Source: Octopus vulgaris (taxonomy: Eukaryota). Taken from it: a stretch of 64,000 nucleotides of DNA. Of the stretch, positions 38,149-49,761 are shown piece by piece. How positions within the stretch are numbered: the stretch's first letter is position 1; every line of letters begins with the position of its first letter. The notes beneath the pieces are model-generated. The model saw only the letters and a program-made list of their open reading frames with translations, did no database searches and had not been told where the DNA came from. Location of the stretch: positions 105,834,001-105,898,000 of the forward strand of contig OX597816.1 in NCBI GenBank assembly GCA_951406725.2, written 5' to 3'. A program made the translations under genes and the position numbers.

Positions 38149-38219
38149 GTGTCCCAAGAAGGGAAGGTATGCATACGTAGGCTGGCTCCATCCCATGTAG
38201 AAGGCCACGGGTTGTGGAC

Positions 38220-40973
38220 TCACTTGTCCTGCCGGGTCTTCTCGCGCACAGCACACTTCCAGAGGTCTCGGTCTCTAGTCATTTCCTCGGTGAGACCTAA
38301 AGTTCGAAGGTCGTGCTTCACCACCTCGTCCCAGGTTTTCCTGGGTCTGCCTCTTCCACAGGTTCCCTCAACCGCTAGGGTGTGGCACTTTTTCACACAA
38401 CTATCTTCATCCATTCTCGCCACATGACCATACCAGCGCAAACGTCTCTCTTGCACACCACAACTGATGCTTCTTAGGTCCAGCTTTTCTCTCAAGGTAC
38501 TTACACTCTGCCGAGTGTGAGTACTGGCATTACACATCCATCGGAGCATACTGGCTTCATTTCTAGCGAGCTTACGCATATCCTCAGCAGTCACGGCCCA
38601 TGTTTCACTGCCATGTAGCATGGCTGTTCGTACACACGCATCATACAGTCTGCCTTTCACTCTGTGCGAGAGGCCTTTTGTCACCAGCAGAGGTAAGAGC
38701 TCTCTGAACTTTGCCCAAGCTATTCTTACTCTAGCAGTTACACTTTCAGCACACCCGCCCCCGCTGCTGACTTGGTCACCTAGGTAACGGAAACTATCAA
38801 CTATTTCTAGTTTTTCTCCCTGGAAAGTGACAGAAGTTGGTCTCAGAGCATTTTCAGTGTTTATTGTTCCTGAGCATCTGCCACATACAAAAACCATCTT
38901 CCTAGTTAGCCTTCTTTTGACATTGCTGCATCTCTTATGTGTCCATAGCTTACACTTGGTGCATCTTATAGAGTTTCTACCTACACCTTTTCTACAGATC
39001 GAGCAGGGCCATCTACCTGAAGGTGTTTGTGATTTGTCTACCTTCCTACTGATTACGACTTTGGTTTTAGCTAGATTGACTCTGAGGCCCTTCGATTCTA
39101 ATCCTTGTTTCCACACCTGAAACTTCTCCTCCAGTTCTGATAGCGACTCAGCAATTAGAGCAAGGTCATCAGCATAGAGGAGCTCCCAAGGGCATCCTGT
39201 CTTGAATTCCTCCGTTATTGCCTGGAGGACTATGATAAATAGGAGGGGGCTGAGTACTGAGCCTTGGTGGACCCCTACCTCTACCCGGAATTCTTCACTG
39301 TACTCATTTCCAACCCTCACCCTACTAGCGGCGTCCCTATACATGGCCCGCACAGCTCTCACTAACCATTCATCTATCCCTAGTTTTCTCATTGCCCACC
39401 AGATAAGGGATCGGGGGACCCTGTCGAAGGCTTTCTCCATGTCAACAAAAGCCAGGTACAGGGGCTTATCTTTGGCTAGGTATTTCTCCTGCAGCTGCCT
39501 TACCAGGAATATAGCATCAGTAGTACTTTTCCCTGGCACAAACCCAAACTGCATCTCATCTAAACTAACTCTCTCTCTAATTAGTTGGGCTATGACCCTC
39601 TCCGTAACCTTCATCACCTGGTCCAACAGCTTGATACCTCTGTAGTTGTTTGTATCTAGGGCATCACCTTTACCTTTGTAGCAGTTGACTATTATACTGC
39701 TACACCAGTCATTGGGTATGACCCCTTTGTGTATCACCTGATTAACTATATGGGTGACTAGGCTATAGCCGACACTACCAGACATTTTGAGCATCTCTGC
39801 AGTGATTCCTGATGGGCCTGGGGCTTTCCCTGTCTTCATGCTTCTAATTGCCTTAGCTACCACAGAACTATCAACTCGGATAGCTGGTCCCTCTGTTGGG
39901 TCAACATTCGGCAGACTCTCTTTATCCCATTCATTTTCTTCATTCAGCAACCTTTCATAGTGGCATCTCCAAACCTCTCTCTTTGCATCCTCATTTAGCG
40001 CAAGTGAACCATCTTCCATGCGAACACACTTCTCTCCTACCACATCACGATTCTCTCTCACACACTGTCTTGCAACACGAAACACCTCCAGTCTTTGGTC
40101 CTCACGGCGCAGAACATTGGCAAATTTTTTCTTATCTGCTTCCCCTCTGGCTAAATAAACCTGTCTCCTAGCTTCTCTTTTGGCAGTCTGATACAATTCC
40201 CTGCTACCCCCATTTTTCCAGACCTTCCAAGCCTGTCTCTTTTCTCTAATAGCCCTGTCTACAATATTGTTCCACCACCACGTTATTCTAGGTCGAGAGG
40301 GGACTTTGCACCAGCCACAGATCTGGTCAGTGGCTCTCAGCAGGTTGTCCCTTAGAAACGTCCAGCTGTCTTCTACCCCCTGTGATGCTCTATCCCCTTC
40401 TACTTCGTCAGAGGCTTCAAGTAATATGTCCCTAAATCTCTGTCCATTTGCAGGATCTTTAAGCTTCCAGATCCTTCTTCTCCATATTTGTCGTCTTCTG
40501 GTTGTCCTCCTAGTCCTGATCCTAAAGTCACTAACTACCAGTCTATGTTGTGGGGTACATTCTTCACCTGGGAAGGTTTTGGCATTTATAAGCAGCCATC
40601 TCTCCCTTTGCCTTGTAAGGATGTAGTCAATTTGGCTGGTATGTTGGCCCGATTGGTAAGTGACTAGGTGGCTGGTAGGTTTCCTGAAGTTAGTGTTGCA
40701 AATCATAAGATTATTTGCATCGCAGAACTCCAGCAGCCTGGTTCCCTCCTCGTTGCGGGAGCCATAGCCGTAGCCTCCATGTACGCCATGGAAGCCCCCA
40801 GCATGTCGTCTAACGTGACCATTGAAGTCACCAGCCACAAAGATAAGGTCTCTGTCGTTCGTCAATGAGGTAGTCTGCAGTAGAGTGTCATAGAATCGGT
40901 CTTTCTGTCCATCGGGTAGCCCCGACTGAGGAGCATAGGCTGATATAATGGTTGCTAAACTATGATGAAGCAC
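38220..40973 (-). CDS. RTE ORF: partial APE endonuclease, reverse transcriptase, PHD-type zinc finger and C-terminal domain
   Basis: EN: SAYAPQ, AGDFNGH, SQIDYIL, QHRLV. RT: YRGIKLL, QFGF, FVDMEKAFD, GVHQGSVLSPLLF, LYADD, NLAKTK. Finger: CSIC-x10-CTKC-x4-H-x2-C-x14-CGRC. C-terminus: FRYLG, RRLRWYGHV, GRPRKTW. The frame stays open up to the truncation (EVIRVSDRILKIRL); no true start codon. Confidence 0.93.
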   Translation of the reverse strand: MLHHSLATIISAYAPQSGLPDGQKDRFYDTLLQTTSLTNDRDLIFVAGDFNGHVRRHAGGFHGVHGGYGYGSRNEEGTRLLEFCDANNLMICNTNFRKPTSHLVTYQSGQHTSQIDYILTRQRERWLLINAKTFPGEECTPQHRLVVSDFRIRTRRTTRRRQIWRRRIWKLKDPANGQRFRDILLEASDEVEGDRASQGVEDSWTFLRDNLLRATDQICGWCKVPSRPRITWWWNNIVDRAIREKRQAWKVWKNGGSRELYQTAKREARRQVYLARGEADKKKFANVLRREDQRLEVFRVARQCVRENRDVVGEKCVRMEDGSLALNEDAKREVWRCHYERLLNEENEWDKESLPNVDPTEGPAIRVDSSVVAKAIRSMKTGKAPGPSGITAEMLKMSGSVGYSLVTHIVNQVIHKGVIPNDWCSSIIVNCYKGKGDALDTNNYRGIKLLDQVMKVTERVIAQLIRERVSLDEMQFGFVPGKSTTDAIFLVRQLQEKYLAKDKPLYLAFVDMEKAFDRVPRSLIWWAMRKLGIDEWLVRAVRAMYRDAASRVRVGNEYSEEFRVEVGVHQGSVLSPLLFIIVLQAITEEFKTGCPWELLYADDLALIAESLSELEEKFQVWKQGLESKGLRVNLAKTKVVISRKVDKSQTPSGRWPCSICRKGVGRNSIRCTKCKLWTHKRCSNVKRRLTRKMVFVCGRCSGTINTENALRPTSVTFQGEKLEIVDSFRYLGDQVSSGGGCAESVTARVRIAWAKFRELLPLLVTKGLSHRVKGRLYDACVRTAMLHGSETWAVTAEDMRKLARNEASMLRWMCNASTHTRQSVSTLREKLDLRSISCGVQERRLRWYGHVARMDEDSCVKKCHTLAVEGTCGRGRPRKTWDEVVKHDLRTLGLTEEMTRDRDLWKCAVREKTRQDK

Positions 40974-41034
40974 TAATCTAATCTTAAGTATTCTGTCACT
41001 TACTCTGATTACCTCAAATATAAATATATATATA

Positions 41035-42285
41035 TTGGGTCATCATATAAAAAATGCAGGTTTTTTATACTTCTTTTATTTTTCAAAATTAAGATAAACA
41101 AATTTCTTTTTTAATCTAAAATATACTCTCCTTCATTTTCTACAATGCTCTTCCATCTATCTGGTAGATTTGCAAGGCCCCTCTTTCAAAATTTACTTGT
41201 CTGTGACAAAAAATACTCCTCCAGTACTGTTCTAACCTTGTCTACAGAATTCATATTTTTTTCTGATCAAATGATTTTGAAGACTGCAAAATAAATGATA
41301 ATCAGATGGAGCAATGTCCCGCAAATTTGGTGGGTGGGGCATTGTTTCCCATTCAAATTGCTACAGCCTTTGGAATGTAATCATTGTTCTATGTAGCCAA
41401 GCATTATCCTGATGGAAGAGCACTGTTTGTCTTGAAACAAAGATGGTCATTTTTCTTCTAGTGCTGACTTAAGCTGTTGAAGCTGCTCACAGTAGATCTC
41501 CTTTGTTATTTGGTTTGCGTTTAAAAGTTCAAAGTAGACTAAACCTTTCATATCCTACCAAACAGATAACACTTTATGTTGGTGAAAACCTTCTTTAGCC
41601 TAGGGTGCCGGTGTGTCTCCTTTCCCTACTCACTGTCTTTGATGCTTGACATTTTTATAGAGAACCCATTTCTTGCCACCAATCATTATTTGGTCCAAAA
41701 AAGGTTTATTCATGAGATGTGACAGCAAAGAAGAGCACACATTCACTCTCTGTGTGCAATTAGACTCAGAAGGTTTCTGAGGAAACCACTGACCCAATTT
41801 GCTGATTTTCCAATGGCACGCAGGTGTCAGTGAATGGTTGAATGACCAACTCCAAGCAGCTCTGCTAGTTCCTCAATAGTTATGATCTGATTTTGCTTCA
41901 CCAGAGTTTGCAGGACATCCTTGTTGAGCTCAACAGATCTTCCAGGATGAGGCTTGTCTCCTAGGCTATAGTTTCCGGCTTGGAATTTCTGGAACCACCA
42001 TGGACACTTACGCTTATTGTCTGATCCCCATATACTGCATTAATATTCCTCGCACCTTCCATTGCATTGTTGCCTTTATAGAACTCATAAAGCAAAATAT
42101 GTCAAATATGCTCCTTTGTCACTTCCAGTATAGCTGGAACTGCACTCTTCAAAACTTCCACTAAGAATAAGGTTAATAATTAGTACCTGCTTTTATACCA
42201 AGTTGATGCAGGTAGTTTATCCTGTCCCCCTCTGGTTTTTGGTTCATGCAATTGAAGAAAACTCATTATTCATGGGATGGCCCAA
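41035..42285 (-). mobile_element. Mariner transposon, full length, decayed
   Basis: TA-flanked TIRs ttgggtcatcatataaaaaatgc / gagttttc..cattattcatgggatggcccaa. Minus-strand remnants EVTKEHI*HILLYEFYKGNNA, GQWFPQ (WVPH-like), HQDNA, HPPN..DIAPSDYHLF. Confidence 0.88.
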
Positions 42286-42288
42286 TAC

Positions 42289-42345
<57 letters not shown>
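42286..42345. repeat. (TA)n microsatellite separating two mariners
   Basis: Directly visible. Confidence 0.97.
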
Positions 42346-42348
<3 letters not shown>

Positions 42349-43584
42349 GGTTGGCAAGAAAGTAATTTCGTTTTGCACAGTTATCTTTTTTTTTAATGAC
42401 TTTTGTCAATGTTATGATTTTTTTCTTTTTGACATTTGATCGTTGTTACTTTTAGCTTACTTTAGAAGCAAATTGCGCATAATTTTGTTTACAGCTGTTA
42501 GTTCAGTGGCAATTTTAACATGGAGTCCAAAAACAAACATTTTCATCATATTTTGCTCTTTTATCTCCATAAAGGCAAGAAAGTTGCTGAGGCTCACAAG
42601 GAGATAAGTGAAATCTATGGTGTTGATTGCTTAACAGAATGCATATGTCAGAAATGGCTTAAAAAATTCCGCTCTGGAGATTTTTCACTCAAAGATGAAC
42701 AACATTCTGATCGACCTACTGAAGTTGATGGTGATCAAATCAAAACCATAATTGAATCTGATTGCCAGAGAGGTTAAATGTATCACACACAACAATTGAA
42801 AGTCACTTAAAGTGTCTTGAACTCGTTAGGAAGCTCAATATTTGGGTTCCACATAAATTGAAAGAAACTCATTTAACACAACAAATCAATATTTGTGATA
42901 TGCATCAACCATTTTTTTAAACGAATCATCACTGGTGATGAAAAATGTATTGTCTACAATAACATCAATCAAAAATGATCATAGTCCAAGCATAATGAAC
43001 CAGCACAAACCACATCGAAAGCTGAATTGCATCAAAGAAAGGTCATGCTGTTAGTTTGGTGGAATTACAAAGGTGTTGTGTATTTTGAGCTGCTTCCAAG
43101 GAACCAAACGATCAATTCAGATGTTTACTGTCAAAAACTAATGGAACTGGAGGAAGGAATCAAAGAAAAACAGCCTGAATTGTCAAATCATAAAGGAATC
43201 ATGTTCCACCATGACAACGCTAAATCACACATATCTTTGCTGACTTGTGAAAAATTATTGGAGCTTGGTTGGGAAGTAATGTCACATCCACCATACAGTC
43301 TTGACCTTGCACCATCAGATTACCATTTATTTAGAAGTTAGCAAAATTCTTTGAATGGAAAAACTTTCAATAATGATGATGACCTGAAATCAAACTTGCT
43401 TCAGTTTTTGTTTGATAAGGACCAGAAGTTCTATGAGCACAGAATCATCAAGTTGCCAGAAAGATGGCAAAAGGTCATCAAACAAACTGGAAATATATAT
43501 AATTGATAAAGTTCATTCTTTGTATGAGAAAAAATGGCTTTTATTTCACACTAAAAAACCGAAATTATTTTCTTGCCAACCCAA
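42346..43584 (+). mobile_element. Mariner (DD34D) transposon, full length, decayed
   Basis: TIRs tggggttggcaagaaagtaatttcg / cgaaattattttcttgccaacccaa with TA flanks. MESKNKHFHHILLFY, WVPHKL, ITGDEK, FHHDNAKSH, HPPYSLDLAPSDYHLFRS; frameshifts and stops. Confidence 0.94.
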
Positions 43585-43774
43585 TATATATATATATATA
43601 TATGTACACACATATACATACAGTGGGAATGTGTGCTCAACACTGCATTGGTGGATAAATATTCTTTATATGCAGATTAACAAGGCAATCATTGGTTTCA
43701 TGTGGAAGAGATCTCCACAGCTGTTCAAGCTCACCACTTAGGAGTCTTGATACTCATCTCCATTTTGGATAAGA

Positions 43775-43842
<68 letters not shown>

Positions 43843-44384
43843 GTCCCTTCTACTATTGCAATGGCCTGAACAATGTCTTGTGAGTGGATGCAGTAAACAG
43901 AAACAACAGAAACCATGTGCATGTTTATGAATGTGTGTAAACATTAATGTTTCCCTTCAAACCATTTGAGTAAAGTGGTGCTGATGTTGACTTTCTTTGA
44001 TGCTATTGCTTGTCACTTTCCAATTACAAAGACTGGTAGAATATGTAAATGCATTACCTGACAAATAGATGAGAGTTGATGGTTGGATGAGTATCCACCC
44101 ATACCAGCCTCAAATTCAATTCCCTTCCAAGTCATGATAGCATAGAAAAGCAAACATTAAAACGAAACAAATGGACAAATGAAATGAATGCTTGTGTGTT
44201 TGTGTGAATGTGTGTGTTTATGTTTAACAATATAGAAAAGCCAAAGGTGTATCAAAAATGAAAATAGAGAGATAAAATAAGCACAAGGCTGAAGTAGGTA
44301 CTGGGGTTAATGAAATCAAAACCCTTGAAGGTAGTACCCCATCATGGTTGCAGTTCAATGGTAGAAACCAGCAAAGGCTATATA

Positions 44385-44793
44385 TCTTTTATCTTTTACT
44401 TGATTCAGTCATTAGACTGCAACCATACTGAGGCATCACCTTGAAATTTTAGTCAAATGAATCAGCTCCAGTATTTCTTTTTGCTAAGTTGCTAAGTTAC
44501 AGGGATGCAAACACACCAACACCAGTTGTCAAGCAGTGGGGGGGGGGACAGACACAGAGAAAAAGATACACACACACACATATACACACATATAAATATA
44601 TATATGTATATATATATGTATATATATATATAACAGACTTCTTTCAATTTCCGTCTACCAAATCTGCTCACAAAGTTTTGGTTAGACTAAGGCTATTATA
44701 GAAAACACCTGCCCAAGGTGCCATGCAGTGGGATTGAACCTAGAACTACATGGTTGGGAAGCAAGCTTCTTACCACACAGCCATGTCTGCACC
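44385..44793 (-). mobile_element. SINE family B, near full length
   Basis: Homologous to 913-1320. Confidence 0.75.
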
Positions 44794-44859
44794 TACACAT
44801 ATGTATGACATATATATTGTATATATATATATATATATAGATATAGATATATATATATT

Positions 44860-45196
44860 ATATTAAATTAGAGATAAAACCACTATTAGGCAAACCATAC
44901 AATGAAAAACTTAAGCCAATACATAAGATTAATTAATTTATATTATTTAAATATATATCAAAATTATTAAAAAAGATAATTAATATAACACTACGATCAT
45001 TTCATGGCTGTTCAATTCTTAAAATTTTTGAGTTACAGTCATTCTTCAGGTGGTTTAAATATATAACCATTTTCGGATCGTCAGTAGAGTATATAAAAAA
45101 ATATAATCTGCTGAGTCAAACGCCAACATCCACACGAGGCCGAAGAAAAGCGAATGGCACAGCCGATTATATCTGCGGTTATGTTCAAATATCCTC

Positions 45197-45197
<1 letters not shown>
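44860..45197 (-). mobile_element. Probable Penelope-like terminal fragment in a (TA)n tract
   Basis: Non-repetitive block bounded by (TA)n and containing a hammerhead-like motif; the family assignment is inferred from that motif only. Confidence 0.45.
44990..45054 (-). ncRNA. Decayed type-I hammerhead-like motif
   Basis: Minus strand ACCAC-CUGAAGA-AUGACUGU(n23)ACAGCCAU-GAAA-UGA-UC-GUAGU; one mismatch each in stems I and II, and a shortened stem III. Confidence 0.5.
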
Positions 45198-45236
<39 letters not shown>

Positions 45237-46502
45237 TATGTATACATATACATATATTGGTTTCAAATTTTGGCACAATGCCAGCAATTTTGGTGAATGG
45301 GATAAGCTGATTATATATATACAGGTTTAACATCTGCCTTCCATGCTAGCATGGGTGTGGTTGCCAGTATGCAAGACAAAAGAAGAACAGTGATTGAAGT
45401 TGTAAAGTGATTGGAGTTTATTTACCGTTACTTTGTATATATCCAAAACCACGACAGGTTGGTATGTATAATTAGTAAATGGAAAAGCATGCGAGGTAAG
45501 AGTTAATTTCAGCTGATATGTGTGTACATGATTTCATAGTAATATGTAGAGAGAAATATGGTAATGCTACAGAGAAAGGAAAGTGAGTTAGTGAAAGTGA
45601 GAGAGTCCAAGGAAGCTGTCTTGCATAGTCACTGATTGTAACTTCCTTTTTCCCTCTGGCCGTTTGGTCTCTAGTGGCTGCCTGCTTGTGGCCATGACTC
45701 TAGTTGTCCGTTCACACTCACTGATGGTCACTCTCACTAACTGACTTTGGCTTACGGGAGTTCTTGTTTATATTGCTATCCAAAACTAGCCAGAAGGATA
45801 GACATATTGTTGAGAACAATAGATTTCATTGGTGGTACCTGTTATCTCTAGTCTAACTTTTGATGAAATAGAAGAGGTTAGAAGGGTCAAGTAGTAAAGA
45901 CATTATTCTGCTTAGCGAAGGCATCTGGCAAATGTAACTGCTGTCACTCACAGAAAAACTATTGTTTTACAGTGAGAAAAGTGCTGTTGAACAGTTAAGT
46001 GAAATTCGGTGATTGAGAATCAAATCCATGCTATGCCTACATGAAGCTACTACATGTGTGTGTGTGTGTGTGTGTAACCAACTTATCATGAATTTCCTAT
46101 GGGAAAAATAGTTTCAGTTTATAAATATTTCAGATGAAGAACAGACTTTCAGGAATGAATTAAATTTGTAAACTGAGGTTCCACTATATTTGTACCTATG
46201 TCTGTGTGTCTTTGTGTCTCTGTTTGTCCTCCACCACCACTTGACAATTTATGTTGGTTTGTTTACATCCTTGTGGCTTAGCAGTTAAGCAAAAAGAGTG
46301 AAAGACAAGGCTTAAAAAAAGAAAAATAAGAAATGGGGTCAATCTGTTTGACTAAAATTCTTCAAAGCAGTGCCCCAGCATAGCTGAACTCTAATAAATG
46401 AAACAAGTGAAAGAAAGATGTATATATTTAGAGAGTTGTTTGTTGTACCTATAAAGGTCACTCTCTAACTGGCCGTAACCAACAACCTTTTATATATTCT
46501 TT

Positions 46503-46711
46503 TCTCCTTTAGGCACAAGGCTCAAAATTTTTGGGAAGGGGTCCAGTTGATTAGATCAACCCCAGTACACAACTGGTACTTAATTTATTGACCCAGAAAG
46601 GATGAAAGGCAAGTCGACCTTAGTGGAATTTGAATTCAGAACGTAAAGACAGACAAAATATCACTAAGCATTTCACCTGGTGCGCAAACGTTTCTGCCAG
46701 GTTGCTGCCTT
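46503..46711 (-). mobile_element. SINE family A
   Basis: Reverse complement of the 54142 head (gaaaggatgaaaggcaagtcgacc...gaatttgaattcagaacgtaaagacagac...gtttctgccag). Confidence 0.75.
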
Positions 46712-46785
46712 AAATATTACTACTCTAATATTTTAGAACATGCCTCTTTTTCACTATATGAACTACTGATGGGGATATATATATA

Positions 46786-47015
46786 TCATCATCATCATCG
46801 TTTAACGTCTGTTTTCCCTGATGGCATGGGTTGGATGGTCCGACTGGGGCCTGGGAAGCCAGGAGGCAGCACCAGGCCCCAATCTGATCAGGCAGTGTTT
46901 CTACAGCTGGATGCCCTTCCTAACACCAACCACACCGAGAGTGTAGTGGGTGCTTTTTACATGCCACCGGCATAAGGGACTAGAGGAGCTGGCATCGACC
47001 ACGATCGGATAGTGC
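46786..47015 (-). mobile_element. RTE LINE 3' tail fragment
   Basis: catcatcatcgtttaacgtctgttttccctgatggcatgggttggatgg...gtgtagtgggtgctttttacatgccaccggc. Confidence 0.8.
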
Positions 47016-47887
47016 TATATATATATACACACACATACATATTGTATATATGTGTGTATGTGTAAAGATACTTGTTATGGGGCTTGTGTATCAAATGTGA
47101 AAGTACAATGGTGAAGAAGTAGAAACAGTAAAAGATCAAATGCCTAGAAACACTTTAATTTATTCCTCAACATCCTTGGTTAAAATAATGGGTCAACTTT
47201 GTCTTTCATTTCTATGAAGTCAATAAAATAATTTGAAAAACATGTATATACTGGAGTCAATTAGATTATCTATAATCCTCCAGGAGATAAAACAAAACAA
47301 TATATCAAAACTTTAATATTTATCATTCCATATAACATATATTCCAATACATTTCAGCAGGTACAATAAATTATTAACCAAATACTCAATGTAACAAAAT
47401 TTGTATTATACACCCACTCGGATTTCCTCTATAGAGTTAGAAAGAAATTTCAGCTATCACATTTACTTACATTGTAGAAATCATTAAATCACTCCACAAT
47501 GGAATGCCTTCCATACATTTAGTGTAATACACCTACTGCATTCATATTCATACAGAGAGAACCTCTTATCACACCTGACCACCTTACAAAAGGAAGGGTA
47601 CACTGGATAATGTGGTCCAAAATAGTAACAGCTGAGATGCCTTTGATCATAAGCCACCTCACTCAGAGATGACTAGTGGCTAAACAAAATCAACAACAAC
47701 AGAATATCCATTGCTTAAAATGCCATGCATTTATATGATGGTTGCACTTATATTTACTACTGCTTTTTAGCTAATGCCCAATCAGTAACCTTTATCATCC
47801 CTTTTGTACTTTAAACACAACCACAATACAATCTGCAAAGCTAAGCAGAGCATTAAATAAAGCATCCTTAGATTTTGTAGACTTTGC

Positions 47888-47918
<31 letters not shown>

Positions 47919-48487
47919 TTTACTTTTGTATGATATGCATATGTCTCTTTTTTTTTCCAGTGTATATAGAGCATACTTTTTTATCATTTCATTATAATAT
48001 GTAAACCTCCACACTTTATGTCTGTCTCTGTATTGTCCCCCTTATTCTTCGCCCTGGAGGCAAATAAATGAAATCATTATTATTATTGTTGTTGTTGTTG
48101 TGTTTTCTTCTTTCAGTTTTGTTTCCATTTCTTGCTAAGTGTCTTCCCAACACCTAGGGCAAAGAAACTTACTGTATACATTGATAGACCATTAAAATGA
48201 ACACACCAGATTGTTCATTTACAAAGTCAAATTATGTGATAGAAAAAAAGTAAAAAGAAAACAGAAAAAAGAGAAAAGAAAAAAGAAAAAATTCACAGCA
48301 ATGACATTCACAACAACAACACTCTTCTCAATACATGTGACATACCAGTTAAAACAATCTTTTGCACTTCTTCCATGGATGGTAAGCCAGAGGTCATTCT
48401 CAAATAATTTTCAATTCCTTTTGATCATTCCTACAATCACTGGTATTGTAACTGTCTTGAGATTATTATCATTATTACTATTATTAA

Positions 48488-48915
48488 GAAAGTGGCAAGC
48501 TGGCAGAATCATTAGCACACCAGGCGAAATGCTTAATGGTATTTCGTCTGCCACTGTATTCTGAGTTCAAATTCCACAAAGGTTGACTTTGCCTTTCATT
48601 CTTTCAGTTGAGTACTGGACTCAATATAATCAACTTACCCCTCCCCCAATTTTCAGGCCTTGTGCCTATAATAAAAAGGATTATTATTATTATTACTATT
48701 ATTATTATTATTATTATTAAGGTGACAAGCTGGCAGAACCATTGGCATGCTGGGCAAAATGCTTAGTGGTATTTCAATCACCTTTACGTACTGTATTCAA
48801 ATTCTGAGGTTGACTTTACCTGTCATCTTTTTGTGGTCAATAGATTTAGGAACCAATTGAGCACCAAATTATCCACTCCCCTGAAATTGTTACTCTTGAG
48901 CCAAAATTTGAAACC
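48488..48915 (+). mobile_element. Two tandem SINE-A copies separated by (ATT)n
   Basis: agctggcagaatcattagcacaccaggcgaaatgctt at ~48498 and agctggcagaaccattggcatgctgggcaaaatgctt at ~48728. Confidence 0.7.
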
Positions 48916-49696
48916 ATTATTGTTGTTGTTGTTGATGATGATGATGTTTGGCTGTTGCAGATTCCAATCATCGCAATAACAAATTAAAGTACCATCCAGT
49001 ATCCAAAGTATCAGATGATCAGTTTCAATTAGCTTTATTGCTACTACTGCTAAAATATAATCACAACACTTTTCTAAATAGAAGTTTACATTCACCATTA
49101 AATCTTCAGTCAACCAATAATTCAATTTATTTTTCTGAACATTCTACCATGTAAATGATAGCACCAACTGTACATTACCAATAGATTTTCCTGGTTTAAT
49201 AGCAATCATTTGTTCAGAAAGAGTTATTACACAATGAAGAAAGACTGTGAACAATTACTATAAATAAACAAACATGGTAGAACCAAGAGTCACTTCCTAA
49301 TGCTTACCATTCTTCTTTTATGCTTTTAGTTGCTTTAATCATTATTGGATTGCAGTCATGCTAAGACAGAGCTTTTAAAGGTTTATTTAGTTATATTGAG
49401 CCCAATATTTATTTCAGTTTGGTAGTTATTTTATCAAACTCTGATTGTTGAATTGCTAAGTTATAGGACACAAACAATGCCAGTATAAACATTAACACAT
49501 ATATACATTTATATATTTACATATTACATGCACACACACACAACACACCACACACACACATTTATATATACATAAAAGAAGGCATGGCTGTGTGGTAAGA
49601 AGTTTGCTTCCCAACCACATGGTTCTGGGTTCAGTATCTTTACTGTGGCCAACCAAAGCTTTGTGAAGGGATTTAGTAAACGGAAACTGAAAGAAG

Positions 49697-49761
<65 letters not shown>

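Larger units (their letters stand above)
37607..41017 (-). mobile_element. RTE-clade LINE, young, 5'-truncated
   Basis: ~2.8-kb open frame, ~600-bp 3' UTR and (GAT)n tail at 37607-37630; GC content much higher than flanks; no clear TSD seen. Confidence 0.96.

Noticed and set aside
38827-40868. Plus-strand ORFs overlapping the LINE
   Set aside because: Antisense shadows of the GC-richer RTE ORF with no recognisable motifs.
42520-43341. SETMAR-like host gene
   Set aside because: Bounded by TIRs with TA duplication, has frameshifts and stops, and no SET domain: a dead mariner.
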